Of a DNA stretch of 64,000 nt, positions 21,409 through 30,843 are shown piece after piece. The stretch's first letter is position 1; every line of letters begins with the position of its first letter. The stretch is from an uncultured virus (IMG/VR IMGVR_UViG_3300031525_000003). Taxonomy: Duplodnaviria; Heunggongvirae; Uroviricota; Caudoviricetes. The position numbers were made by a program, and so were the translations under genes. Under the pieces are notes generated by a model, which was not told the DNA's origin, did no database searches, and saw only the letters and a list, made by a program, of their open reading frames with translations. The stretch is from the IMG/VR virus record IMGVR_UViG_3300031525_000003. One strand, written 5' to 3'.

Positions 21409-21506
21409 CGTGCCTCCAAGCATACGACAAACCGGTGGTCCCATGCGCCGCGAAAAGCGGTCGGCCGTATGGACTTCCGCGGCGCGCCGCCGTAGGAAAG
21501 AAATCC

Positions 21507-21887
21507 ATGGGATACGAACACGCCATGGCTCTCATCGATGCGGAGCTGCGGCAGATCGGTAAGCACTCCGGCTTCCTGCGGGCGGCCGCCAAGCGCTATG
21601 CGGACCTCACGCGTCTGGATCGAGACGACCGGGCCATCTACTGCAGCTGGCTCGCCCACGAGGACACGACGCACGTCGAGCTGGCGACCGAGAACGGCGT
21701 CGTCCGCATCTACGCCTACCTCGAACTCGAAGACGATCTGGGGCGCGTTTACAGCGGGAAGATCCAGGACGCTTGGTCGTGGCTCCACAGTATGAAGCAA
21801 AGCCCAGTCGCCGCAGAGATGCAGCGGGCTCTGGTCCTCTCGACGCGAGGCGAGTGGGACCGCGTTCTCCTCGGGGCCAAGAGTTAG
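21507..21887 (+). CDS. Hypothetical protein
   Basis: AGGAAAG RBS; protein-like composition. Confidence 0.55.
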   Translation: MGYEHAMALIDAELRQIGKHSGFLRAAAKRYADLTRLDRDDRAIYCSWLAHEDTTHVELATENGVVRIYAYLELEDDLGRVYSGKIQDAWSWLHSMKQSPVAAEMQRALVLSTRGEWDRVLLGAKS

Positions 21888-21892
21888 AGGCC

Positions 21893-22513
21893 ATGGCGAC
21901 CCGGCGAAAAGCTACGCATCGCCGTCGTCGACTCCGCATCGTCTTCGTCGACATCGACGGCGTCCTCAGCGGGTTGGCCTACTACCGGCGCGTCCTCAAG
22001 ACCCCAAAGCCGCGGACCAGGTACGACTGCTGGAAGGAAGCCATCGACCGGCGTGCCGTCATGCGCCTCAACCGGATCGTGCGCGAGACCGGGGCGCACG
22101 TGGTCATCAGCTCTTCGTGGCGCAAGTCGCATCCTCTCCACAGGCTACGAAAGCTTTTTTACGACCGCGGCTTCGTCGGACGCATCCTCGGCGTAACGCC
22201 CCTCGTCGCGGGCGAGCTTCGCGGCCGCGAATGCGTCGCGTGGCTCGCTACGCACAGACATCCGGTGTGGTCGTTCGTGGCGCTCGACGACCAGGAGCAG
22301 GACTTCGACCCCATCATGGACCGGCTGGTGCTCACCACCACGAAGTGCAGCGATGGGCTCAGGAACGCTCATGTCGACATCGCCGTGGCGATCCTGAACG
22401 TCAGCGCGGAGAGACGTGTTGCCTCGTGGCGCTCGGCTGCCAGGGGGCGCACGGCGCAAGGTTCGATGCCGCGAGCACCTCGACTTTGCCCGGCCGCGAG
22501 CGACCGGCCATAG
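21893..22513 (+). CDS. HAD-family phosphatase (Swiss-Army-Knife RNA-repair-type HAD)
   Basis: IVFVDIDGVL, VVISSSWR, RG.E...WL, FVALDD. Confidence 0.8.
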   Translation: MATRRKATHRRRRLRIVFVDIDGVLSGLAYYRRVLKTPKPRTRYDCWKEAIDRRAVMRLNRIVRETGAHVVISSSWRKSHPLHRLRKLFYDRGFVGRILGVTPLVAGELRGRECVAWLATHRHPVWSFVALDDQEQDFDPIMDRLVLTTTKCSDGLRNAHVDIAVAILNVSAERRVASWRSAARGRTAQGSMPRAPRLCPAASDRP

Positions 22514-22548
22514 CGGCATTTTTCGCGCGTCATGGGCTTAGCGCGATT

Positions 22549-23235
22549 TCATCGTCCCCACGTCACTTCGCAGACCATCACAGCCACGTCGTCTTGAAGC
22601 GCCCCGTTCCGCAGTCGAACCCCGTCTACCAACATCGCCGCCGCCAACTCCAGCGGGCGCATGGACGCGATCTCGGCGATGCGCTCATGGGCCATGTATT
22701 TCCAAAGGCCGTCGGAGGCCACGACCAGCGTGCCGCCGGACAGCTGCGTTCCAAAGCCTACGGCGTGTGCGTCTCCTTCGCCGAGCAACGGCTTGCGGAT
22801 CTGTCGGTCCGTCAGGCTCAGTGGAGCGCCCTGCCCGAACACCCAGGCCTCGCAGTCGCCCACGCTCGCACCGCAGATCGTGCCGTCGTCCGAGATTGAG
22901 ACCACCACGGCCGCCGCAAGTCCGCCCAAGCCAGAAGCAGCCATCTTCTGGTCGCATCGCGACAGCCAGTCGGACCAGTTGGACGTGCCAACAGCCGCGT
23001 CGAGACTGTCGCTCGCCTTCTGCGGATCCAGCGCACGGCAGATGGCGTTCGCGGCAATGGCTCCTCCGGAAACGCCCCCCGCGCCGTCTGCGATGACCGC
23101 GACGGTTCGGTCGACAAGCCGGATAACCGCAAGGCGGTCCTCGCCTCGCGCAAGCCGTGCCTCCTCCACACGTGTGGAATGCGCTACCCGACATTCGCGG
23201 GAAGGCGTGTGGGCCGTGGCCGTGGAAGCAGCCAT
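22549..23235 (-). CDS. PP2C-family protein phosphatase
   Basis: GEDR, VIADGAGG, VGDC, VASDGLW, LQDDVAV. Confidence 0.85.
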   Translation of the reverse strand: MAASTATAHTPSRECRVAHSTRVEEARLARGEDRLAVIRLVDRTVAVIADGAGGVSGGAIAANAICRALDPQKASDSLDAAVGTSNWSDWLSRCDQKMAASGLGGLAAAVVVSISDDGTICGASVGDCEAWVFGQGAPLSLTDRQIRKPLLGEGDAHAVGFGTQLSGGTLVVASDGLWKYMAHERIAEIASMRPLELAAAMLVDGVRLRNGALQDDVAVMVCEVTWGR

Positions 23236-23281
23236 CGCATTGGACCATACAGCGCGAGGTAGACGCGTCAAGGCACCCTCC

Positions 23282-24910
23282 TCAGCTTGGCAGCGAGGCG
23301 CCATGGCGCGCAGAACCCCATCCCGCGACGCGTGCCGCCACCTTGGGCTGCATTGCAACCTCGACGTCTCGCGCGCGGAGGATGGCGTTGTCGTAGACCG
23401 GCTCGCCCTGCGCGCGCAGAAACTCCGTCACGCGCGCCACCTCCTCCTCGGTCACCCACGGGCACTGCACGCGCTTGGCCTCACCGGCTCCGTTGAGCTT
23501 GAGGAGCATGTCGCCGTTGCCCACCAGGTGCTCGGCGCCCTGCTCGTCCAGAATGATCCGCGAGTCGACCTTCTGCGCGACCCGGTAAGCAATTCGCGTC
23601 GGGAAGTTCGCCTTGATGACGCCCGTGATGACATCGACGCTGGGACGCTGCGTCGCCAGGATGACGTGCATCCCGGACGCTCGCGACTTCTGCGCCAGAC
23701 GCGCCACCGCGGCCTCCACTTCCTTGCCCTGCGGCTGCATCATCAGGTCCGCGAACTCGTCGACCACGATGACGATCCACGGCAGCTTCTCCGGAGGCGG
23801 CGCGCCCACGTTCGGGTTCCGGACCTCGCCGCGTGCCACGCGATCGACCCACACGTTGTACGTCGTCAGGTTCTTGGTCCCGGCGTCGGCCAGGAGCTGG
23901 TAGCGGCGCTCCATCTCGTCGACCGCCCACTTCAGCGCCGTCACCGCCTTCGTCATGTCCGTGACGACCGGCAGCAGCATGTGGGGCATCCGGTTGTACG
24001 GGGCCAGCTCGACGACCTTCGGATCGATCATGAGGAGCCTCAGCTCCGACGGGGACCGGCGGTAGAGGAGTGACAGGAGCATCACGTTGAGGCCCACGCT
24101 CTTGCCCGCCCCCGTGGCGCCCGCCACGATGACGTGCGGCATGCTCGCCAGATCCGCGTAGACCGGGTTGCCCGTCGTGTCGCGACCCAGCACGACCGGG
24201 AGCGGCACGTCCAGCGACTGGAACCGGCTGTCCTCGATGAGGTCCCGCAGCACGACCGGCTCCTGGCGCGCGTTGGGTAGCTCGAAACCGATACGGTTCT
24301 TGCCGGGGATGGGCGCCACGATGCGCACCTTGCTGGCGAGCGACAGGGAGAGGTCGTCGGCCAGTCCGGCCACCTTCGAAACCTTCGTGCCGGGCGACGG
24401 CAGGACTTCGTACGTCGTCACGGTCGGCCCCGGCACGATGGCCTCGACCGTGCCCTGCACCCCGTGGTGACCCAGCGCCTCCACGAGCTTGTCCGCGCTG
24501 GCCTGGGACAGCTCGCCATCCAGCGTCGCGGACGGCTTGGCACGGACGAGGCAGTCGAACGTCGGGAACTGGAACCGAGACCGCGGCGCCTGGCGGGTCG
24601 CCGGGACCTCCGTGCGCGGGACCTCCGTGGACCGGACCTGGACGGGGGCGGGGCACGATGGCGCCAGCTGCCGGGCCGCCTGGGGCACCATGACAGGGGC
24701 GGGAGCCTCGTACGGGCGGGCCGGCGCCTGGATGGCCTGGGCGGGCTTCGGCGACCGGGCCCCAGCGCGCGCCTGGATGGCGCTGGTGAGCGCCGACACC
24801 AGAACCCACAGGAGGCGCAGGACCGCGCAGAGAAGGCTCAGGATGGCCGTGACAAGCCCGGCGATGGCCACGTAGAGGCGGACGGTGGAAGTCTTGGCGG
24901 CGGCGTTCAT
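23282..24910 (-). CDS. ftsK: FtsK/SpoIIIE-family DNA translocase lacking gamma domain
   Basis: Alpha domain GPTVTTYEV; Walker A GATGAGKS; IDPK; VVDEFADLM; ATQRPSVDVITG; GAEHLVGNGDML; N-terminal TM. Confidence 0.92.
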   Translation of the reverse strand: MNAAAKTSTVRLYVAIAGLVTAILSLLCAVLRLLWVLVSALTSAIQARAGARSPKPAQAIQAPARPYEAPAPVMVPQAARQLAPSCPAPVQVRSTEVPRTEVPATRQAPRSRFQFPTFDCLVRAKPSATLDGELSQASADKLVEALGHHGVQGTVEAIVPGPTVTTYEVLPSPGTKVSKVAGLADDLSLSLASKVRIVAPIPGKNRIGFELPNARQEPVVLRDLIEDSRFQSLDVPLPVVLGRDTTGNPVYADLASMPHVIVAGATGAGKSVGLNVMLLSLLYRRSPSELRLLMIDPKVVELAPYNRMPHMLLPVVTDMTKAVTALKWAVDEMERRYQLLADAGTKNLTTYNVWVDRVARGEVRNPNVGAPPPEKLPWIVIVVDEFADLMMQPQGKEVEAAVARLAQKSRASGMHVILATQRPSVDVITGVIKANFPTRIAYRVAQKVDSRIILDEQGAEHLVGNGDMLLKLNGAGEAKRVQCPWVTEEEVARVTEFLRAQGEPVYDNAILRARDVEVAMQPKVAARVAGWGSARHGASLPS

Positions 24911-24962
24911 GGGAAAGCTCCTTCGCACTCCGGCGTTGCAAGAACCCGCCCAACCGTGTCGG

Positions 24963-24991
24963 TTGCGCGCATGTCTGACGCGATGTATAAC
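24963..24991 (+). promoter_or_regulatory. Promoter with operator GTCTGAC-N5-GTATAAC
   Basis: TTGCGC-17-TATAAC; operator 24973-24991. Confidence 0.7.
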
Positions 24992-25222
24992 ATGGTCATG
25001 CTCACCGTACAGCAAGCCAGCACCGGGCACTGGAACGTCTGCCTCGACGGCGTGACCGTCGGCCGCAAACGCAGCGCACGCGCCGTACGCGCGGCGGAGA
25101 CGTTCGCCAAGAACACCGCTCGCGTCGCCAAGGTGATGGCGGAGGAGGCCATGCCGCGCGCCATGGCTTACGTCCTCACCCACCTGGTCGTCCGCGGCAC
25201 ATTCCCCACGAGCGCGGCCTAA
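24992..25222 (+). CDS. Small hypothetical protein (short or no leader)
   Basis: Directly follows promoter; start 24992 or 24998. Confidence 0.55.
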   Translation: MVMLTVQQASTGHWNVCLDGVTVGRKRSARAVRAAETFAKNTARVAKVMAEEAMPRAMAYVLTHLVVRGTFPTSAA

Positions 25223-25223
25223 C

Positions 25224-25673
25224 GTGCGCTGCCAGAGCTGCAACAAGTTTGTCTCGTTCGACACTGACGCCGAGCCCGAGGAGGAGAGCCAGGATGTCGA
25301 CGGCACGAACTTCACGGCGACCTACCGCCGCGTGCTCCAGTGCTCCGAGTGCGGCGACGACTTGAAGGAGGCCACGCTGGAGTTGGAGTACGACTTCGGC
25401 GACGACGTCAAGACCGACAAGGCGACCGACGAGAAGGAAGCTCCCGCGACGGAGACGGAGGACAAGGAGGAGGCGACCGAGCCGGAGACTCACGAACACG
25501 AGTTCGAGATCGAGAGCTGCGCCGCCGAGGCGACGACCGGCTCGGTGTCGAGGAGAGTCACCTACGGCGTGAAGCTATCCGTCGAGGTGGAGTGCTCTGT
25601 CGAGGGATGCAAGGCACACGCAACGTTCGAGTGCGAGGAGAGCGAGCAAGCTAGCTCGTTCGAGGAGCTGTGA
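25224..25673 (+). CDS. Very acidic Zn-binding protein
   Basis: CQSC, CSEC; D/E-rich. Confidence 0.6.
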   Translation: MRCQSCNKFVSFDTDAEPEEESQDVDGTNFTATYRRVLQCSECGDDLKEATLELEYDFGDDVKTDKATDEKEAPATETEDKEEATEPETHEHEFEIESCAAEATTGSVSRRVTYGVKLSVEVECSVEGCKAHATFECEESEQASSFEEL

Positions 25674-26297
25674 TCCACATGAGCGTCCAACCGTTTCAGG
25701 GTTCGCAAATGGTCATCGTCGAGAAGCGTCGCGCGGACGGCACGCTCGACTTCGGAGAGCCGCAGCCTCCGACCATGCCGTGCACGTGCTCGAATGGATG
25801 CCGGCACCAGGCGTCGCCCGGCGTGATGTCGTTCGACACGGTCTACCGCCTGTTCTTCCGGGCCGTGCCGGACGGCGAAGGCTCCTGGGAGCAGCTCAAG
25901 GCGTGGCTCGACACCAAGGGCTGGGTCCTTCGCGCCAAAACGTGGTGAGGAGATGACGATGGAGACCAAGAAGGACACGCGTGTCTTCGATAGCGGTCGT
26001 CTTCTGGAGGACAGCCGCAAGCCAGGCACGCTCTACAAGTTGAGCGAGGCTGGCGCAACGTCGTTCACGGCAACGCTCGTCTACCCGAAGCCGGGGCGAA
26101 CCCGGGTTCATACCTTCGCCATCGACGAGATGGCCTACCTCCGTGAACCAACCAACGCCCTCGTGCGAAGGTACGAGCGAGCTTGGGGGTTCGACCTCAA
26201 GTCAGGGACGCACCCAGCGCCACCGTACGGTCCATGTCCAGAGTGCGGCGGACGTGCCGGCACGCACTACAGGGTTTGCCCCAGGAGAAGCGCATGA
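25670..26297 (+). other. Two small hypothetical genes (25670-25948, 25953-26297)
   Basis: Coupled ORFs with RBS; CPECG ribbon in the second. Confidence 0.55.
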
Positions 26298-26334
26298 AGC
26301 AGAAGAACACGGGTACGCCCTCCGCGGTGCTCAC

Positions 26335-29300
26335 GTGGTAGCGCCCCGACGAGCCGTGCGCGGCGATGGCGACGAGTCCAGTCCGTGGACGACGGAGCTG
26401 GCGAGCTTCGCGCGCGAAGTGCGCCGCCTCCGTAACCAGGCCGAGCCCACCCTCTACCCTGCCTACGTCACGCTGGTCGCTTCCACCTACGACCTGGCCA
26501 GTCGACCTGCCGTTCACGTCGACACCAACCGCCACACGCCCGGTGCCGGCTTCCCCGACCTCACCATCTCCCGAGGCCTTCTCTGCCTCAACTGGATCGA
26601 GATCAAGAAACCCGACGTCTCGATCGATCCGCTCCCGCACCTGGACCAGGACCGCTTCGATCGGTACCGCAAGACGCTCCCGCACGTCGTCGCCACCAAC
26701 GGCTGGGCGTGGCGCCTCTACGAACGTGGCGAACTCTCCGCCCGCCTGGACCTCCCGCGCGACTGGCTTCTCGCTTCCCGCTCTCTCACGACGCGTGAGG
26801 AGGGCGACCTCCAAGCGTTCTTGAAACGCTGCGCGGCACTCTCACCCGCCGCCGCCACCACGCCCGAAGAGGCCGTGGCGCTTCTGGCCGGCGCCGCCAA
26901 TCTCATTCGGCTCACCGTCGAAGGCGTCGAGGAGGACGAGTACCCGACGCCGCTACGCGCCGCGCGCGAGTCGTTCACACGCCTCCTTCGCACCAACCCC
27001 ACCGAAACCGCGCAGCTCCACGCGAGCGAGTTCGCCGATGCGCTCGCGCAGACCACCGTCTTCGGTTTTCTCCTGGGTCGCATCGAGGCCGGGAAATCCG
27101 TCGACCCCACCAGCGCGCACGCCGCCCTCAACACCATCGCGCACCCCTTCCTCAAGAACAGCCTCTACGGCCTCAACGCGCCCGACCGCGCCATGGAGAC
27201 CCTCCTCAAAGGCCCCCTCTCCGCCGCCTGCGACATGGTCAACCGCGCCGCGCCACAGCTGGCCGGCGAAGACGGCGACTGGTCGCGCGTCACCTACGTC
27301 TACGAACAGTTCTTCGCGCTCTACCGACCCGAGGACCGCTTCAAGTTCGGGGTCTTCTACACCCCCATGGAGATCACCCGCTACCAGGTCCGCGAAGTCG
27401 CGCGCATCCTGCGGGACGAGTTCGGACTCAGCGGCGTCACGGATCCGGCCGCACGCTTTCTCGACCCCGCCTGCGGCACAGGCACGTACCTCGTCGCCCT
27501 GGCCGAGCTGGCCGCCGAAGAAGCCACCGAACAGCAACTCCCCGTGGGTACCACCCTCCAGGAGCTGTTCGCGGACCGCGTCGTAGGCTTCGAGGTCTCC
27601 CCTGGACCCGCGTGCGTCGCGCAAGCGCGCCTGGCCGCGTGGCTCCGTTCACCGCCCTACCACGTCACGCTCCACCAGCGCTTCCCCGTCTACACCGTCA
27701 ACACCCTCACCCCGCCTGCCAAAGGCATCCGCGCCCTCACCGGCAACCTCTGGTCCGACAACATCGGCGCGGAGCAAGACGCGGGCGACCGTGTCAAGGA
27801 GCAGACCCCCGTCCTCGTCATCCTGGGCAACCCCCCGTGGGGACGACGCGACAAGCACCAGTTCGATCTCGGGCTCGTCGACCGCGCCGGCAACGCGCGC
27901 AACCTCCTGGAGGACTGGGCCCAAGGTGCCAAGGGCGCGGCCCAGAGCGTCTACGATCTCTACGTCGCCTTCTGGCGCTTCGCCTGCACGACGCTTCTGG
28001 AGCGCGAGCACGTGCAGCCCGCGCGCGGGATCGTCTCCTTCATCACCAACCGCACCTGGCTGCGTGGCTCGCCGTTCACCACCATGCGCGGCTACATGCG
28101 CGACCACGGCGTGCGCGCCACCATTACGGATCTCGGCGGTGACTCGCGACAGGGCGACGTCGCCAACGACGAAAGCATCTTCGCCATCCAGGCCGGCTGC
28201 GCCGTCGCCACACTCGCCTTCGGCAGCCACACCACCGAGACAGCTTCGCAGTACCGCCGCCTCCTCGGAACGCGCGAGGAGAAACTCCGGCAGCTGACCG
28301 AGACGCCGACGTGGCTCGCGGGACCCGACGGCCGCGTGGACGCCTTCGCGCCCGTCGACTGGGGGCCCCTCAGCACCGCGCCGTCCGTGCGCGAGTTCTT
28401 CGCCACCAGCATGCCCGGCGTCAAGACCCACCGCGACACCCTGGTCGTCGCCGTCGACGAAGCCGAAGTACTGGAGAAGCTCACCCAGTGGAATGAGCTA
28501 CCGGCCGCAGAGCGCGCCGAACGCTTCCACGCCAGCCGCGGACGAAGCGTGCCAGGCAAGACCCAGGTGTCACGCTCTCACGTGCGGCCGTATCGCTATC
28601 GCCCGCTCGACAACCGCGTCCTCTACGCCGACCGCGTCTTCATCCAGGAGCCTGGACGCATCTCGACCATCTACACCACCCATCCCAACGCACGCTGCCT
28701 GCAGTTCCTGGAGTCCAGCACCGTGGGCGGTCCCGTCCTCATCGCCGCCAACAGCATGCCCGACTACCACTCCGTGCGCGGCTCCTACGGCTGCCACACC
28801 GTCTTCATCGATCCCGTGGCCCGCTCGGCCGCCGGCCAGCTGACGATGGATCAGGCTACGGACGACCGGGCGATCCTCAGCGACTGGGCCGCCAAGTGGG
28901 CCGACACCATGCACGCTACCGCCGAAGACGTCGCCTGCTACCTTCTGGCGTTGGGCAACGCCAGCTCCTACGTGACGCGCTTCCACGACGCGGTGCAGTC
29001 GGAGCCTCCCCGCATGCCGCCCACACTCGACCGCGCCCTCTTCACCGAAGCGGTCGCCGTGGGACAACAACTCCTCGCCGCCTGGTGCCTGAAGTCGCCA
29101 CCCTGCGGCAAGTGGAAACAGCAATCCGCTCCGGGCACGGCTCTGGGCACCGCCACGATTCAGAACGGCACCGTCGAGTTCGAGAACGGCGACAGGCTGA
29201 CGAACATCCACCCGGACGCCGCCTCACTGGAGGTCTCGACCTACCCCATCCTCCAGCGCTACCTGGAAGCCCGCGCGCACATGCCGCTCACGCGAGCGAT

Positions 29301-29415
29301 CGCCGAGGACGTCCGCAAGGTCGCGGGCGCGGTCCAGATCATCATGGACCAGCGCGGCGTCTGCAACAGCATGCTCGACCGCGCACTCCGTGCGCCCATG
29401 CAGGAGCGATCGTAA
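26335..29415 (+). CDS. Single-polypeptide restriction-modification enzyme (N6-adenine MTase plus type ISP-like C-terminal specificity region, N-terminal PD-(D/E)XK), no helicase
   Basis: PDL...IEIKKP; ATNG..W; GVFYTP; LDPACGTG; GNPPW; GIVSFITN; PGVKTHRD; YRPLD; start approximate. Confidence 0.85.
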   Translation: MVAPRRAVRGDGDESSPWTTELASFAREVRRLRNQAEPTLYPAYVTLVASTYDLASRPAVHVDTNRHTPGAGFPDLTISRGLLCLNWIEIKKPDVSIDPLPHLDQDRFDRYRKTLPHVVATNGWAWRLYERGELSARLDLPRDWLLASRSLTTREEGDLQAFLKRCAALSPAAATTPEEAVALLAGAANLIRLTVEGVEEDEYPTPLRAARESFTRLLRTNPTETAQLHASEFADALAQTTVFGFLLGRIEAGKSVDPTSAHAALNTIAHPFLKNSLYGLNAPDRAMETLLKGPLSAACDMVNRAAPQLAGEDGDWSRVTYVYEQFFALYRPEDRFKFGVFYTPMEITRYQVREVARILRDEFGLSGVTDPAARFLDPACGTGTYLVALAELAAEEATEQQLPVGTTLQELFADRVVGFEVSPGPACVAQARLAAWLRSPPYHVTLHQRFPVYTVNTLTPPAKGIRALTGNLWSDNIGAEQDAGDRVKEQTPVLVILGNPPWGRRDKHQFDLGLVDRAGNARNLLEDWAQGAKGAAQSVYDLYVAFWRFACTTLLEREHVQPARGIVSFITNRTWLRGSPFTTMRGYMRDHGVRATITDLGGDSRQGDVANDESIFAIQAGCAVATLAFGSHTTETASQYRRLLGTREEKLRQLTETPTWLAGPDGRVDAFAPVDWGPLSTAPSVREFFATSMPGVKTHRDTLVVAVDEAEVLEKLTQWNELPAAERAERFHASRGRSVPGKTQVSRSHVRPYRYRPLDNRVLYADRVFIQEPGRISTIYTTHPNARCLQFLESSTVGGPVLIAANSMPDYHSVRGSYGCHTVFIDPVARSAAGQLTMDQATDDRAILSDWAAKWADTMHATAEDVACYLLALGNASSYVTRFHDAVQSEPPRMPPTLDRALFTEAVAVGQQLLAAWCLKSPPCGKWKQQSAPGTALGTATIQNGTVEFENGDRLTNIHPDAASLEVSTYPILQRYLEARAHMPLTRAIAEDVRKVAGAVQIIMDQRGVCNSMLDRALRAPMQERS

Positions 29416-29459
29416 GCCACCGGTCCAGTGCCTCCTCTGCACGCGGCGTAAGCGCGCGC

Positions 29460-30200
29460 CTACCGGCGGGACCGCCCCTGCGACCGCCGCATGCCAAGGA
29501 TGTCGACGATCGCGTCCTTCATCTCGACGCCCGAGGCAGTGCCGTACGACATCGCAGCCTTCGAGAGCATGTCCAGCTGGTCGAACGAGCGCGCGTCGAG
29601 AGCCCGCAGCCAGTCCTGCCTCCTCTTGCCCGTGGTCGCGTAGAAAGCCCTCAGCATCGGTCCCGGGTCTCCACCGTGCAGGACCGTCATGATCGTCTGC
29701 TCGTGTGCGGACGCCAATGGATGCGTGCGCCGATGGATGCGGTGCGTGTACTCCAGGCTTCCCACGCCGCCTGACTCCGTTGACCGGATGCGGTGTTCCA
29801 GCTCGTGCGGACCCATCCCCTCCTCTGCCAGTCGCGTGGCTTCGCTGGGCTCGTACCCGTACTTGCTCAGGATCTCCCGCATCTCCTCCACGAAGACCTT
29901 GGACGCGTCCATGCTTCCGTGCCGCTTTCGACGCCGCTGGTCGCGTTCCGCGTCCAGGCGGACGCGCTGACTCGTGTACTCGACCATGTGGGCCGCCACC
30001 TCGTGGATGGTCAGACCGACGATGTAGAGGAGCGAGCGCCACTTGCGGATGATCGCGTCGGCCTCCGCGTTCGTCTTGCCCCATCCCCATGGGCCGCAAA
30101 TGAACGCTCCCTCGGGCGGCTCGGGCCTGGTGAGCAGCACCTTCACCTCGATGGCGCGCGCATCCGCCTGGGCGCGACTGAATCGGAACGAGTTTGGCAT
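29460..30200 (-). CDS. Modular hypothetical protein
   Basis: RRRKRHGS linker between helical modules. Confidence 0.55.
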   Translation of the reverse strand: MPNSFRFSRAQADARAIEVKVLLTRPEPPEGAFICGPWGWGKTNAEADAIIRKWRSLLYIVGLTIHEVAAHMVEYTSQRVRLDAERDQRRRKRHGSMDASKVFVEEMREILSKYGYEPSEATRLAEEGMGPHELEHRIRSTESGGVGSLEYTHRIHRRTHPLASAHEQTIMTVLHGGDPGPMLRAFYATTGKRRQDWLRALDARSFDQLDMLSKAAMSYGTASGVEMKDAIVDILGMRRSQGRSRR

Positions 30201-30263
30201 GAGAGCGATCTGGATCGTACCAGGACTCCGCCGCAACGGTCAAAAACGCGCGGATCGTGGTTT

Positions 30264-30788
30264 TCAGAGCGCGTGCACGAGAACCCAGCCGCCGTCGCGC
30301 GTATGCCGGCTCGTCAGCTTCGCCGGATCCGTCCGACGTACCGCCATCCTGGCCGCCTGCTCCAGGATGCGCGTACGCACATCGCCTGCCAGCCAGGGTG
30401 TACGTACCCGTCGCGTCGAGTCGACGACCCTCCACTCGGCCGTCCGGCCGACGTGCCTCTCCTCGATGGTCTCCGCAGGCGGACGGGTGAAGTTCGCTGA
30501 GGACCGGCCGCTGTGAGCCACCGACGACTTGAGCTGCAGCACCGCCCAGATCTGACCCAGGTTGGTCACCCGGTAGACCGGATGCCCACCCGTCTCACGG
30601 ACGCGCACGACGTACTTCGAGGCGACCGTGCGGAGCACACGCTCGATGTCAGCGTTGTAGACGACCTCTTCGCCGTTGCCGTCGCGCGACAGCCACAAGA
30701 GCGCGCTCGCCCTCTGATTGTCGGTCACGGGCGGCAACCGGCGTGGCTTCACGCGCGGCTCCACAACGGTTCGGGTCCGGAGACTCAT
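30264..30788 (-). CDS. Hypothetical protein
   Basis: Protein-like ORF downstream of PcfJ gene. Confidence 0.5.
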   Translation of the reverse strand: MSLRTRTVVEPRVKPRRLPPVTDNQRASALLWLSRDGNGEEVVYNADIERVLRTVASKYVVRVRETGGHPVYRVTNLGQIWAVLQLKSSVAHSGRSSANFTRPPAETIEERHVGRTAEWRVVDSTRRVRTPWLAGDVRTRILEQAARMAVRRTDPAKLTSRHTRDGGWVLVHAL

Positions 30789-30843
30789 GGCATCGTCCGC
30801 CCTCACATTACAGCAATAGGCATGCTTCTTGGTCTGAAAAGCA

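Noticed and set aside
22661..24073. Long plus-strand ORF, and similar long ORFs such as 19131-20654 (5' part), 23481-24953, 57315-58700
   Set aside because: Shadow or antisense frames of well-supported genes in high-GC DNA; Arg/Ala/Pro-rich with no motifs
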